This document shows positions 27,612 through 37,191 of a stretch of 51,992 nucleotides of DNA, in pieces. Origin of the DNA: an uncultured Ruminococcus sp. Lineage in GTDB: Bacteria; Bacillota; Clostridia; Oscillospirales; Acutalibacteraceae. Both the position numbers and the translations under genes were made by a program. The stretch is taken from contig CACWTM010000023.1 of assembly GCA_902763855.1 (NCBI GenBank), positions 1-51,992 of the forward strand, read 5' to 3'. Below the pieces are notes generated by a model. That model had not been told where the DNA came from. It saw only the letters and a program-made list of their open reading frames with translations, and did no database searches. Each line of letters begins with the position of its first letter. Within the stretch, counting starts at the first letter, position 1.

Positions 27612-28304
27612 TTAGTCTTTACGCGGGTCGATATACTTCGCCGCGTTGTCCCACTGACCGTAGTGGCCCTTAGCCTTTTCGATCGCTTCGTTAGCGTCCA
27701 TACCGGCCTTGATGAAGTCCATCATCTTGCCGAAGCTGATAAACTCGTAGCCGATGATCTCGTTGTCCTTGTTCAGAGCGACCTGGGAGCAATAGCCCTC
27801 GGTCATCTCGAGGTAACGGGGACCCTTTTCGCGGGTAGCGAACATGGTACCGACCTGCGAACGCAGACCCTTACCGAGATCCTCCAGAGAAGCGCCGACG
27901 AGCAGACCGCCCTCAGAGAACGCGCTCTGGGTTCTGCCGTAAACGATCTGTAAGAACAGTTCGCGCATCGCGGTGTTGATTGCGTCGCAAACGAGGTCGG
28001 TGTTCAGCGCCTCTAAAAGGGTCTTGCCGATCAGAATCTCGGAAGCCATCGCGGCGCTGTGGGTCATACCGGAGCAGCCGATGGTCTCGACCAGAGCCTC
28101 TTCGATGATACCCTCTTTCACGTTCAGTGTGAGCTTGCAGGCGCCCTGCTGGGGAGCACACCAGCCGATGCCGTGTGTGAAACCGGAAATATCCTTGATT
28201 TCCTTTGCCTGTACCCACTTGCCCTCTTCCGGGATGGGAGCAGGCCCGTGATACGCACCCTTAGCGACAGGGCACATATTCGTTACTTCTGCTGTGTAAT
28301 ACAT
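27612..28304 (-). CDS. NifU/IscU N-terminal-like protein
   Basis: WCAPQQGAC, GCSGMTHS, LVCDA; upstream of the GGGtGRT gene. Confidence 0.75.
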   Translation of the reverse strand: MYYTAEVTNMCPVAKGAYHGPAPIPEEGKWVQAKEIKDISGFTHGIGWCAPQQGACKLTLNVKEGIIEEALVETIGCSGMTHSAAMASEILIGKTLLEALNTDLVCDAINTAMRELFLQIVYGRTQSAFSEGGLLVGASLEDLGKGLRSQVGTMFATREKGPRYLEMTEGYCSQVALNKDNEIIGYEFISFGKMMDFIKAGMDANEAIEKAKGHYGQWDNAAKYIDPRKD

Positions 28305-28539
28305 AAGCTTTTCCTCCTTTAGTGTCAGCCGAGCCGATCACACGGCTCCGGCAGTAATCCAAGGTTAGCTATAAAACCTTATGTTAATTATAGACGAAGA
28401 CCCGTGATAAGTCAATACATAGATTCATCAAAAACGCCAAAGAATCGCCGATTTTACGCGATATTTTGCCCTTTGACCCCTTTACACAGCGGCGCGGATG
28501 TGATATGCTTTTCTCATCGACCGAAAGGAGGTGCTGCGT

Positions 28540-29055
28540 ATGAAAAACGCAGCCAGACTCCTGATACTGATTACGGTGGTGAGCATGTTGTTCCCTCTCT
28601 TCGGCTGCGGCAAGAGCAGGCAGTATGATATCCATAGCTATCTCGACAAACCGGCGGGCACCTTGCTGGTTGACTGGTACAGCCGCACGGTTGGCACGCC
28701 GATAACCATGCCGTATACGGAACTTGTGCTGTATACCCGCTCGCCCGACACGGTGCTGCTCGAGCACTATACCGAGGGCGGATCAGAGAACGAGCGGTGC
28801 GACCGCTACGTCGTCCCGGCCGAGGAAGCGCAGGCAGTGCTGGACGTCATCCGCAAAAGCGGCATGGAGCGGTGGAACAGCCGCAAGGAGCTATCCGCGA
28901 TCTGCGGCAAATCCTACGTCTGCAAGTTTCCCGACGGCGAAGGCGGCTATATCCGCGTTACGGGCGAAAAAATGCCGCAGGATGGCAGCAGAGCCTTCGG
29001 CGAGGTAAGCGCGGCGATGTACGGCTTGATGAAAAACGAATACCTCGAAAAGTAA
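28540..29055 (+). CDS. Hypothetical lipoprotein
   Basis: LFGC lipobox; AAGGAGG RBS. Confidence 0.6.
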   Translation: MKNAARLLILITVVSMLFPLFGCGKSRQYDIHSYLDKPAGTLLVDWYSRTVGTPITMPYTELVLYTRSPDTVLLEHYTEGGSENERCDRYVVPAEEAQAVLDVIRKSGMERWNSRKELSAICGKSYVCKFPDGEGGYIRVTGEKMPQDGSRAFGEVSAAMYGLMKNEYLEK

Positions 29056-29158
29056 CAGATACAGCAACAGCGTTTCCAACTGCGGAAACGCTGTTTTTCT
29101 CATATTATACCAAGCCTTTCCATATAGTAAAAAATCGCCCGAAGTTCGGGCGACAAAT

Positions 29159-29629
29159 TTATATCAAACCGTTGTAATTTGCGAGTGGCGCATAGCCGAG
29201 CTCGTTGAGGATGCGGGCTTCTTTCATCATCAGCGCTTCCTTAGCGGCGGCGTCGGTGTAGTACTGACCCAGAAGATTCAGCACGCCGTGAACAGACGCG
29301 AAAACAATGCCCATCTCAAAAGGCTGGTTGTAGACCTTCACCAACTCGAGAATACGCTCGACAGAAATCACCAGCGTACCGAGGACTTCGCCCTTTTCTT
29401 CGGACGGGATTGCGATCACTTCGGGCGCCTCAAAGTTGCTGACACGTTTTTCCTCATAAGTATGAAGGATCTCGTTATCCGCAAAAGCGACGTGGATCTC
29501 CGCCTGCGCGTCATAGTGCTCTGATTGTAAGGCGGCATGACAGCTGCGGCGTACCAGCATACGGGTTCCTGAAGGGATCTTGAATTTTACCTGTGCGTTT
29601 TCAATGATTACTTTCAGATTACTCGCCAT
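29159..29629 (-). CDS. YbeY-like protein with degenerate metal-binding motif
   Basis: YbeY-like layout (EVIAIP..LGTLVISVER..VHGVLNLLG..M..KE..IL) but HGVLNLLGQYY replaces HGxLHLxGYDH. Confidence 0.65.
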   Translation of the reverse strand: MASNLKVIIENAQVKFKIPSGTRMLVRRSCHAALQSEHYDAQAEIHVAFADNEILHTYEEKRVSNFEAPEVIAIPSEEKGEVLGTLVISVERILELVKVYNQPFEMGIVFASVHGVLNLLGQYYTDAAAKEALMMKEARILNELGYAPLANYNGLI

Positions 29630-29890
29630 GTTCCCTCTCCTCTTTTATTTAAATGGGATTATAACACAGATTCTTTTCTTTGTCTACATTAAACAGAAGT
29701 AAAAGAAAAAAATTGTTGAAGATTCACATAATTCGAAAGTGATTTTATGCATTTTCACACCTTAAAAACAGCCATTTTAAGCCATTTCCGGCACTTTTTT
29801 CATTCTTTGCCGACACAGGGATTTTCTCGTACCAACGCAAAAAATGGCGCGCCGTATTTCTACAGCGCGCCGTGGTATTCAGCCGCAATC

Positions 29891-30748
29891 TTACTTTAGC
29901 ATAAAGAACAGAGCGAAGGTGCCGGGGCCGCAGTGAGAGGTAATGACGCATCCCGCAGTCGACACGATGATCTCGTCACACTTTATCAGCTTCTTGAGTT
30001 CCTTTTTATAATACTTGCGCTCCTTATCGCTGAGGTCGCAGGTCGTGTGCAGAACGATACGGCTCGTGTCGATCTGTCCCTCAAACTCGGCGATTCGGTC
30101 ACGCATATATTTTAGACGGCATACCTCATCCTTGCCGCGGTACTTCTTCGCGACGCTCATCGCGCCGTCATTGACGACGATAGAGGGCTTGATATTCAGA
30201 AGATTCGCGCCGAGCAGCGATATGCTTGAGCAACGGCCGCCTTTGTGCAAAAACTCCAGCTGGCTGAGCAGAAAACCGCCGATGTTCTTCGGGATCAGAT
30301 CGGTAAGAGAGTCGGCGATGTGTTTGCCGGAAAAGCCCATGTCTTTGAGCTCACACGCACGGATCGCCAGAAGCATCATGCCGCAGGACAGCACACGGCT
30401 GTCAACGATATAGATCTTTTGGTCAAACTCCTGCGCCGCGATCACGGCGTTCTGGTACGTAGAGGACATATCGGACGCAAAGGCGATATGGACGATCTCG
30501 GTGTAGCCCTCATTTAGTATCCCTTCAAAAAACTGACGGTATTCTTCGGGCGTTACCGCAGAGGTAGAGGGCAACTGGTCGTTTTCTTCAAAGCGATTGA
30601 GGATATCCTCGGGCAGAATGTCCACCCCGTCGGCAAAATCCTCGCTGTCATACAGAACGTGCAGAGGCGCTACGCGAATGTTGTATTTTTCAGCGATATC
30701 TGCCGTGATATCGGCGGTGCTGTCGGTTGTGATGATGATACGACTCAT
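29891..30748 (-). CDS. DegV/FakB fatty-acid-binding protein
   Basis: TDSTAD, PSTSA, SSTYQNA, LHKGGR, HCGPG. Confidence 0.9.
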   Translation of the reverse strand: MSRIIITTDSTADITADIAEKYNIRVAPLHVLYDSEDFADGVDILPEDILNRFEENDQLPSTSAVTPEEYRQFFEGILNEGYTEIVHIAFASDMSSTYQNAVIAAQEFDQKIYIVDSRVLSCGMMLLAIRACELKDMGFSGKHIADSLTDLIPKNIGGFLLSQLEFLHKGGRCSSISLLGANLLNIKPSIVVNDGAMSVAKKYRGKDEVCRLKYMRDRIAEFEGQIDTSRIVLHTTCDLSDKERKYYKKELKKLIKCDEIIVSTAGCVITSHCGPGTFALFFMLK

Positions 30749-30831
30749 GCAATCAGCTCACTTTCCAAATAGAATAATAATGCAACAAGCAAATCTATAT
30801 GACGAGATTTTACCACTACGCCACAGACTTG

Positions 30832-32004
30832 TCAAGCGTTCAGGCTCTCCCTGAGAATATCAATGACCTCGTCGCGGGTCAGCACCTTGTAGCCGCCTTC
30901 CAGGATGAAGGTTGCGTCGGCAATTCCCTCGAGCATGTTTTCATCCGCGCCGAGTTCTTTGATGCTCAGCACCAGCCCGATCTCCTTCATCCACGCTTCC
31001 ATCGCCTCGAGTCCGGCTTTCGCCAGTTCTTCGTCGGTCATGCCGTCAGCCGTGATTTCCCAGACGTATTTTGCAAAACGCACAAATTTTTTGACGCCAT
31101 AGGGCAAAATGCGCTTGTAGTAGGGCAACGACACCGCCGCCAGCGTCATGCCGTGAGTCGCGTCGGTATACGCGCCAACCGCCTGACCGATCATGTGAAC
31201 CTCCCAGTCGGTCGCCTTGCCCTTCGCCACCATGGTGTTCAGCGCCCAGGTCGCCGTCCACATCAGGTTGGAACGCGCCTCATAGTCCTCGGGGTTTTGT
31301 ACCGCGATACGGGAGGAATGTACCACCGAACGCATCAGCCCCTCCATCACATAGTCGGAGGTGGAGTCATCCTCACCGGAAAAATACTGCTCACAGATGT
31401 GGTTGAAGATATCGTAGATGCCCGCTGTCATCTGGTATTTGGGCAGGGTGTAGGTAAACTTCGGGTTGAGGATGGTAAACTTCGGGAACACCGCATCGCC
31501 GAAGACATGGCCGACCTTGAGCTTTTGCTCATGGTTGGTGATAACAGAACCGCCGTTCATCTCGGAGCCGGTGCCGACCATCGTCAGTACACAGCCGACG
31601 GGGATGATCTCGCAAGTCGGCTCGTCAAAGCGGATATAATACTTCTCCCACGGATCATCGCCGCAGTAAGCGGATACAGATACCGCCTTGCTGTAGTCGC
31701 AGACAGAACCGCCGCCAACCGCAAGAATCAGATCGACCGTGTTCTCCCGCGCGATCCGAGCGCCCTCGCGCAGCTTGTCGGCAGTCGGATTCGGCATGAC
31801 GCCGCCGTCCTCGACAATCGTCTTTCCGCATTCTTTGAGGATCGCGACAACGCTGTCATAGATGCCGTTGCGCTTGATCGAACCGCCGCCGTAAACAAGC
31901 ATGACGGTATCACCGTATTTTTTCAGCTCATCGCGCAGAAAATCAAGCGCGTTCTCGCCAAAATAGAGTCTGGTCGGGTTACAGTACATAAAATTGCCTA
32001 ACAT
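30832..32004 (-). CDS. Iron-containing alcohol dehydrogenase (BdhA/YqhD-like)
   Basis: YGGGS, GGGSVCD, TGSEMN, H..H..THG. Confidence 0.9.
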   Translation of the reverse strand: MLGNFMYCNPTRLYFGENALDFLRDELKKYGDTVMLVYGGGSIKRNGIYDSVVAILKECGKTIVEDGGVMPNPTADKLREGARIARENTVDLILAVGGGSVCDYSKAVSVSAYCGDDPWEKYYIRFDEPTCEIIPVGCVLTMVGTGSEMNGGSVITNHEQKLKVGHVFGDAVFPKFTILNPKFTYTLPKYQMTAGIYDIFNHICEQYFSGEDDSTSDYVMEGLMRSVVHSSRIAVQNPEDYEARSNLMWTATWALNTMVAKGKATDWEVHMIGQAVGAYTDATHGMTLAAVSLPYYKRILPYGVKKFVRFAKYVWEITADGMTDEELAKAGLEAMEAWMKEIGLVLSIKELGADENMLEGIADATFILEGGYKVLTRDEVIDILRESLNA

Positions 32005-32139
32005 ATTAATCCTCCCTGCTTTTTGATTTTATTGTACCCTAAAACTACTGTATTTGCAAACAATAATTGTGATTATTTCAAACAAAGGGACTACAGTTAA
32101 ACCGCAGCCCCTTCGTTTATATACCAAAAAGTTGATATC

Positions 32140-33663
32140 TTATTTCATTTCCTCGTCGTCGGACATGATATCCTGCTTGAACTCTTCGTTCATCTCGGGA
32201 TATGCCGAGAGCATCGGCTCGACCTTGATGCCCTTCTTGCGGTCAAAATAGTTTTTGGTGATCTTGGCGACCAAGCCGCTCAGCGCAACCAAGCAAATCA
32301 GGTTGGGCAGCGCCATCAGCCCGTTGAAGGTATCGTCGATATCCCAGATCAGCTGGCTGTGGATGGTCGCAGAAGCCGCGATCAGGATGAGGTACAACAC
32401 CTTGAAGATGATGACGGGATACTTACGGTTCTCTTCCTTCATAAAGCCGAAGAAGAACTCAACCGCCTTCTCGCCGTAGTACGACCAAGCGATGATGGTG
32501 GTAAACGCGAACAGCGGCAGGATGATAGAGAAGGTCGCCGTACCGAAACCGCCGAAGTTGGTAGAGAACATCGACATCGACATCACGCTGTCCTCCATAT
32601 CGGGAGAAAGGGTGGTCGGATCGTAGGTAGTCAGGAACATCAGCGCCGTCAGGGTGCAGATGATGAAGGTATCGAAGAAGATCTCGAAAACGCCCCACAA
32701 GCCCTGTTTGACGGGCTCTCTTGTCTCGGACGCCGAGTGGGCGATAACCGAGGAACCGAGTCCCGCTTCGTTGGAGAACACGCCGCGCGCCATACCCTTT
32801 TTGATGACGGTAGCAAAGGTGAAACCGAGGATACCGCCGCCGACGGCGTTAAAGTTGAACGCCTTGCTGAAGATCAGAGCGAACGCCTCGGGAATACGGT
32901 AGTAGTGGGTGCCGATCGCGATCAGCGCAAGCACAATGAACAGCAGAGACATGAACGGAACGAGCATGGACGCGACCTTGCCGATACGCTTGATACCGCC
33001 GATGATGATGATACCGGCGATGATCGCAACGATGATGCCGATAATCAGCTTGACCATCTCGGCGTTCTCGGTGTTGCCGGTCACGCGTGAAAAGGTTTCG
33101 GACAGAGCGCCGGAGATTTTGTTCGTCTGCACACCGCTCATGCCGATCGCCGCAAAGATGCAGAAGAACGAGGCGAGATACGCCAGCCACTTCCATTTCA
33201 GACCGTAGGAGATATAGTAGAACGCGCCGCCCGAGAGATTGCCCTTACTGTCTTTTTTACGAAAATACAGACCGAGGACGTTTTCGGCATAGTTGGTAAC
33301 CATACCAAAGAAGGCGGAGATCCACATCCACAGCACCGCGCCGGGGCCGCCCGTCAGGATCGCCGCGACAACGCCGATGATGTTACCGGTACCGACGGTG
33401 CCTGAGATCGCGGTCGAAAACGCCTCAAACTGAGAGATGGATTTCACCCTGCCGTCAGCCTGCTTTTTCTTGCCCAGGCTCTTGAAGGTCGGGATGATCG
33501 TGGTGTTCAGCGATTCGCCGAACTTGCGCACCTGCAAAAACTTGGTGCGGATCGTCAGGAGCAGACCGGTTCCGAGGATCAGGATGATCGTCGGCCAGCC
33601 CCAGACATAACTGTTGAGCGTGCCGTTGACAGTCTCAACGGTTTTGAGAAAACTTTCCCACAT
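32140..33663 (-). CDS. Na+/alanine-glycine symporter (AGCS/AlsT family)
   Basis: GTVGTGNI, GGPGA..WMW, RGVFSNEAGLGS, NGLMALPN; ATG 33663 with GGAGG RBS. Confidence 0.9.
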   Translation of the reverse strand: MWESFLKTVETVNGTLNSYVWGWPTIILILGTGLLLTIRTKFLQVRKFGESLNTTIIPTFKSLGKKKQADGRVKSISQFEAFSTAISGTVGTGNIIGVVAAILTGGPGAVLWMWISAFFGMVTNYAENVLGLYFRKKDSKGNLSGGAFYYISYGLKWKWLAYLASFFCIFAAIGMSGVQTNKISGALSETFSRVTGNTENAEMVKLIIGIIVAIIAGIIIIGGIKRIGKVASMLVPFMSLLFIVLALIAIGTHYYRIPEAFALIFSKAFNFNAVGGGILGFTFATVIKKGMARGVFSNEAGLGSSVIAHSASETREPVKQGLWGVFEIFFDTFIICTLTALMFLTTYDPTTLSPDMEDSVMSMSMFSTNFGGFGTATFSIILPLFAFTTIIAWSYYGEKAVEFFFGFMKEENRKYPVIIFKVLYLILIAASATIHSQLIWDIDDTFNGLMALPNLICLVALSGLVAKITKNYFDRKKGIKVEPMLSAYPEMNEEFKQDIMSDDEEMK

Positions 33664-33794
33664 GTTGTGTTTTCCTCCATATCGTAATAGCAAGGGGAGA
33701 ATCTCCGCGGTAAATCAGCGGTTAATTTTGCGTGAAATCGAAAAGAGCCACAGCCGAAGCCATGACTCTCAAACGCAAATCCTTGTAAAGTCAG

Positions 33795-33872
33795 CTCCGT
33801 CCTTTTGCCTGAGAGATTGACGCTATGCGCTTGCCCCTTCGGCACCCAATCTACGATTGGGATTCTCCGGAG
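33795..33872 (-). ncRNA. Glycine riboswitch aptamer (singlet)
   Basis: Minus strand CTCCGGAGA-stem-CCGAAGGGGCAA..AATCTCTCAGGCAAAAGGACGGAG upstream of the AGCS symporter. Confidence 0.85.
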
Positions 33873-34056
33873 TGCCATCCTCACGCGGTCAAGCCTTGTA
33901 CAGTATATGTCCGCAGGCTCTTCTGCATGATTCGATCGGCACATTTTCTTTTAACGAATTATATTATACCACCGTTCGTGCAAAATGCAATACTTTTTGT
34001 TGACTTTGTTCAAATTTTAATAGATAATAGGCATATTAAACCTATGAGGTCAAGAT

Positions 34057-35031
34057 ATGAAGCATTTTTATCCCGCATATTACGCGGCGTTTCATTGTAT
34101 CGCCGCCGACTGTCCCGACAGCTGTTGTCAGGGCTGGGATGTTGTCATCGACAGCGATACCGAAGCGTTTTATCGAAGCGTCCGGGGCGATATCGGCGAA
34201 AAGCTGAGAAACGCAATCTATACCGACAACGACGGCGACCGCGTATTCCGCCTTGCCGAACAGAAAAAATGCCCCTTTTGGGGCAAGGATCAGCTCTGCG
34301 ACATTTATAAGGAGCTGGGTGAAGAACATCTTTGCACAACCTGCGCGCAGTTTCCGCGTCTTCGCATGGTGTATGCGGACTTCACCGAGCACAGCCTTGC
34401 GCTCGCCTGTCCCGAAGCAGCGAGGCTGATCCTCGGCGCCCGCAACGCCTATGACGGCTTTGTCCATACCGCGGCTGAGGGATGTGAAGAATACAGCGCA
34501 GAATTGATGCAGACGCTTCTGCACGCGCGCCGTCAGACGGCTTTGCTGCTGTCCGCTGACAAACCGCTGTCCGAAAAGCTGAAAGACGCGCTGTTATACA
34601 ACCGCAAGGTGCAGAAGAAAATTGCAGCCTATGACGAGGGAGAGATAACAACCGACTGTGCAGCGGCGCTGGCGGAGCTTTTCTCGGAACTGGAGTATAT
34701 CGACAACGACAGCCGAGAAATCATCACGCGGGCTTGCGCATATGCCGATCTCTGCGATCACGAAGTCCCGCTGACACGCCTTGCACTCTACTACCTCTAC
34801 CGCTACTATCTGAATGCCGTCGACACGCTCGACGTTCTTTTGCCGGTCAAGCACATAATCGTGTCCGCCGTCATCATCACCAACCTGTCAAAAAAACTTC
34901 CCATCGCAACAGCGGCGCAGCTCTACTCCAAGGAAACGGAGCAAAGCTACGAGAATATGGAGCGGATACTTGATACGCTGGCGTATGATCCGCGCTTTTC
35001 TTCTGAAAATCTCCTGACTCTGCTTTCATAA
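34057..35031 (+). CDS. FliB-family (flagellin lysine methylase-like) Cys-cluster protein
   Basis: FHCIAADCPDSCCQGW, CPF, LC..C..FPR, LACPEAARL. Confidence 0.75.
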   Translation: MKHFYPAYYAAFHCIAADCPDSCCQGWDVVIDSDTEAFYRSVRGDIGEKLRNAIYTDNDGDRVFRLAEQKKCPFWGKDQLCDIYKELGEEHLCTTCAQFPRLRMVYADFTEHSLALACPEAARLILGARNAYDGFVHTAAEGCEEYSAELMQTLLHARRQTALLLSADKPLSEKLKDALLYNRKVQKKIAAYDEGEITTDCAAALAELFSELEYIDNDSREIITRACAYADLCDHEVPLTRLALYYLYRYYLNAVDTLDVLLPVKHIIVSAVIITNLSKKLPIATAAQLYSKETEQSYENMERILDTLAYDPRFSSENLLTLLS

Positions 35032-35068
35032 AAACAGCCATCCCGAGAAGCTCTCAGGATGGCTTCCA

Positions 35069-35785
35069 TTATCGAATGATCTCACATTCCACGGCGGTTC
35101 GGTCACCCTCGGCGATGTCGAACAGCTCCTTCGCCCCTACCGTTGCCTTGCGGATCGTCAGCGTATCGCCCTCATGGGTCTGGCCCGCGTAGCGCACCTC
35201 AATCTCGCGCACGGGTCTTTCGCGCAGTTCCTTGACCGAATAGGTGTTCATCACAAAGCGCACATAGGACACGTTGTTGGTGTGCTGGACAAAGTCGATA
35301 TCGCCCGACTGTACAACCAGCGTCCCGATATCGTCAAGACCCTCGTGCTTCAAACGGCTGAACTCGATATTGCGCTCCGGCGCTTCAACATGGGTGTCGG
35401 AGGTGACGCCGACGTCGCGGATACGTTTGATCTTCTGAGTCTTGAGATCCAGCGCGCACATCTCGATACGCGAGTACAGACAGATCTTGCCCTCGCTGTC
35501 TTTCAGCACGGTATCCGCCGTCATCTTCGCGCCGCGTGCGGACGAGATATAGCTCTCGATCACACAGCGCTCCATCCATCCGGGTGCGCGGTCGATCTGC
35601 ATGCGGTTGCGCGTAAACACCCATACACATCCATATTTTTCACGCAGGGTTACACCGTCGATATGCAGCTCGCCCATCATCTCAGTCAAAAAATCCTGCA
35701 CCAGATCGAACGCTCCCTTGACGCTCAGCACGACATTCGGGTCACAGATACTGGCGGGGATGACCGTTTCTTTAATCAGCTTCAT
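35069..35785 (-). CDS. Acyl-ACP thioesterase (double hot-dog fold)
   Basis: WVFTRN, DIDFVQHTNNVSY catalytic region. Confidence 0.8.
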   Translation of the reverse strand: MKLIKETVIPASICDPNVVLSVKGAFDLVQDFLTEMMGELHIDGVTLREKYGCVWVFTRNRMQIDRAPGWMERCVIESYISSARGAKMTADTVLKDSEGKICLYSRIEMCALDLKTQKIKRIRDVGVTSDTHVEAPERNIEFSRLKHEGLDDIGTLVVQSGDIDFVQHTNNVSYVRFVMNTYSVKELRERPVREIEVRYAGQTHEGDTLTIRKATVGAKELFDIAEGDRTAVECEIIR

Positions 35786-36012
35786 CCAAATCCCCCTTCT
35801 CTGTGTTAATATTATCACAAACAACAGGGGATTTCAAGCGAAGCACGGTTTTTGAATGAGTTAATATTTTATGAACAACCTCTTAATAAAACATGATAGT
35901 TTCAAAAATTATTCGGATTTAAAATATAAAAACATAGTCATTAAATATATTAATAAGGTAAAATATACGCGTTAACGCGCATACCCAACGAAGATAAAAC
36001 GAGGGCAGAACA

Positions 36013-37191
36013 ATGGATTTATTTGAAAAATGTGAAAAATTCACTCTGGCTGACGAATACCGCGGTCAGGGCATCTATCCCTACTTTCACGCGCTCGAAA
36101 CCCATCAAGACGTCGAGGTCGTCATGGAGGGCAAACGCCGTATCATGCTGGGCTCCAACAACTATCTTGGTCTCACCACCGAACCGTCGATCGTCGAAGC
36201 CGGTATCAAGGCGCTGGAAAAATACGGCTCCGGTTGTTCCGGCTCCCGTTTTCTCAACGGTACGCTGAACATGCACCTGGAGCTTGAAAAAGAACTTGCC
36301 GATTTTGTACATATGGAAGAAGCGGCCACCTTCTCAACCGGCTTCCAGTCCAACCTCGGTATCATCAGCGCCATCATCGGACGCAACGACTATGTCGTCT
36401 GTGACCGCGAAAACCACGCGTCGATCTACGATGGCTGTAAGCTCAGCTACGGCAAGATGGTGCGCTATAAACACAACGATATGGCGGATCTGGAAAAGAT
36501 CCTGCAAAACATCCCCGAAACCGCGGGCATCCTCATCGTCACCGACGGCGTTTTCTCGATGGGCGGCGACATCGCCAACCTGCCTGAGATCTGCCGACTG
36601 GCCGAGCAGTACGGCGCGCGCGTCATGGTCGACGACGCTCACGGTCTGGGCGTCATCGGTGAAGGCGGCAGAGGTACCGCGAGCTACTACGGGCTTGAGG
36701 ACAAGGTCGACATCATCATGGGCACCTTCTCCAAGTCCCTCGCCTCCTTAGGCGGTTATATGGCGGCGTCGCACAAGGTGTGCGACTATGTGCGCCACAA
36801 CTCCCGACCGTTCATCTTCTCGGCTTCTATCCCGCCAGCATGCTGTGCGGTCGCTCTGGCTTCGCTCAGACATCTGAAAGCCCATCCCGAGCTGCCCGTC
36901 AGGCTGAATCAGCTTTCTGCCTACGCGCGTGACGGCTTCCGAAAAGCGGGCTTGAAGATCCGCGAGAGCGCGACCCCGATCGTGCCGATCTATACCTACT
37001 CGATAGAAAACACGCTCATCAAGGCGAAAGCGGTCTATGAAGCGGGCGTATACGTCAACCCCGTCCTGCCTCCGGCGACCGCTCCGAACGAGTGTCTGCT
37101 GCGCACCAGCTACATGGCGACGCTGACCGAGGATCTGATCGACGAGGCGGTCGAGATCATCGCCCGCGTTCTTCTGAAAGACAATGGCTGA
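36013..37191 (+). CDS. spt: Serine palmitoyltransferase-like alpha-oxoamine synthase (PLP)
   Basis: GIYPYF, MLGSNNYLGLT, GCSGSRFLNGT, STGFQSN, DDAHG, GTFSKSL, FIFSAS, NPVLPPA; pattern of Bacteroides-type SPT rather than BioF or Kbl. Confidence 0.75.
   Translation: MDLFEKCEKFTLADEYRGQGIYPYFHALETHQDVEVVMEGKRRIMLGSNNYLGLTTEPSIVEAGIKALEKYGSGCSGSRFLNGTLNMHLELEKELADFVHMEEAATFSTGFQSNLGIISAIIGRNDYVVCDRENHASIYDGCKLSYGKMVRYKHNDMADLEKILQNIPETAGILIVTDGVFSMGGDIANLPEICRLAEQYGARVMVDDAHGLGVIGEGGRGTASYYGLEDKVDIIMGTFSKSLASLGGYMAASHKVCDYVRHNSRPFIFSASIPPACCAVALASLRHLKAHPELPVRLNQLSAYARDGFRKAGLKIRESATPIVPIYTYSIENTLIKAKAVYEAGVYVNPVLPPATAPNECLLRTSYMATLTEDLIDEAVEIIARVLLKDNG

Noticed and set aside
30799-32001. 400-aa + strand ORF
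   Set aside because: Antisense shadow of the alcohol dehydrogenase
34057-35031. Evidence for a flagellar locus
   Set aside because: FliB-like gene stands alone; no flagellar genes in the window
36013-37191. BioF (bioY is nearby) or Kbl call
   Set aside because: Motifs fit SPT better; no bioA/D/B/W or tdh adjacent
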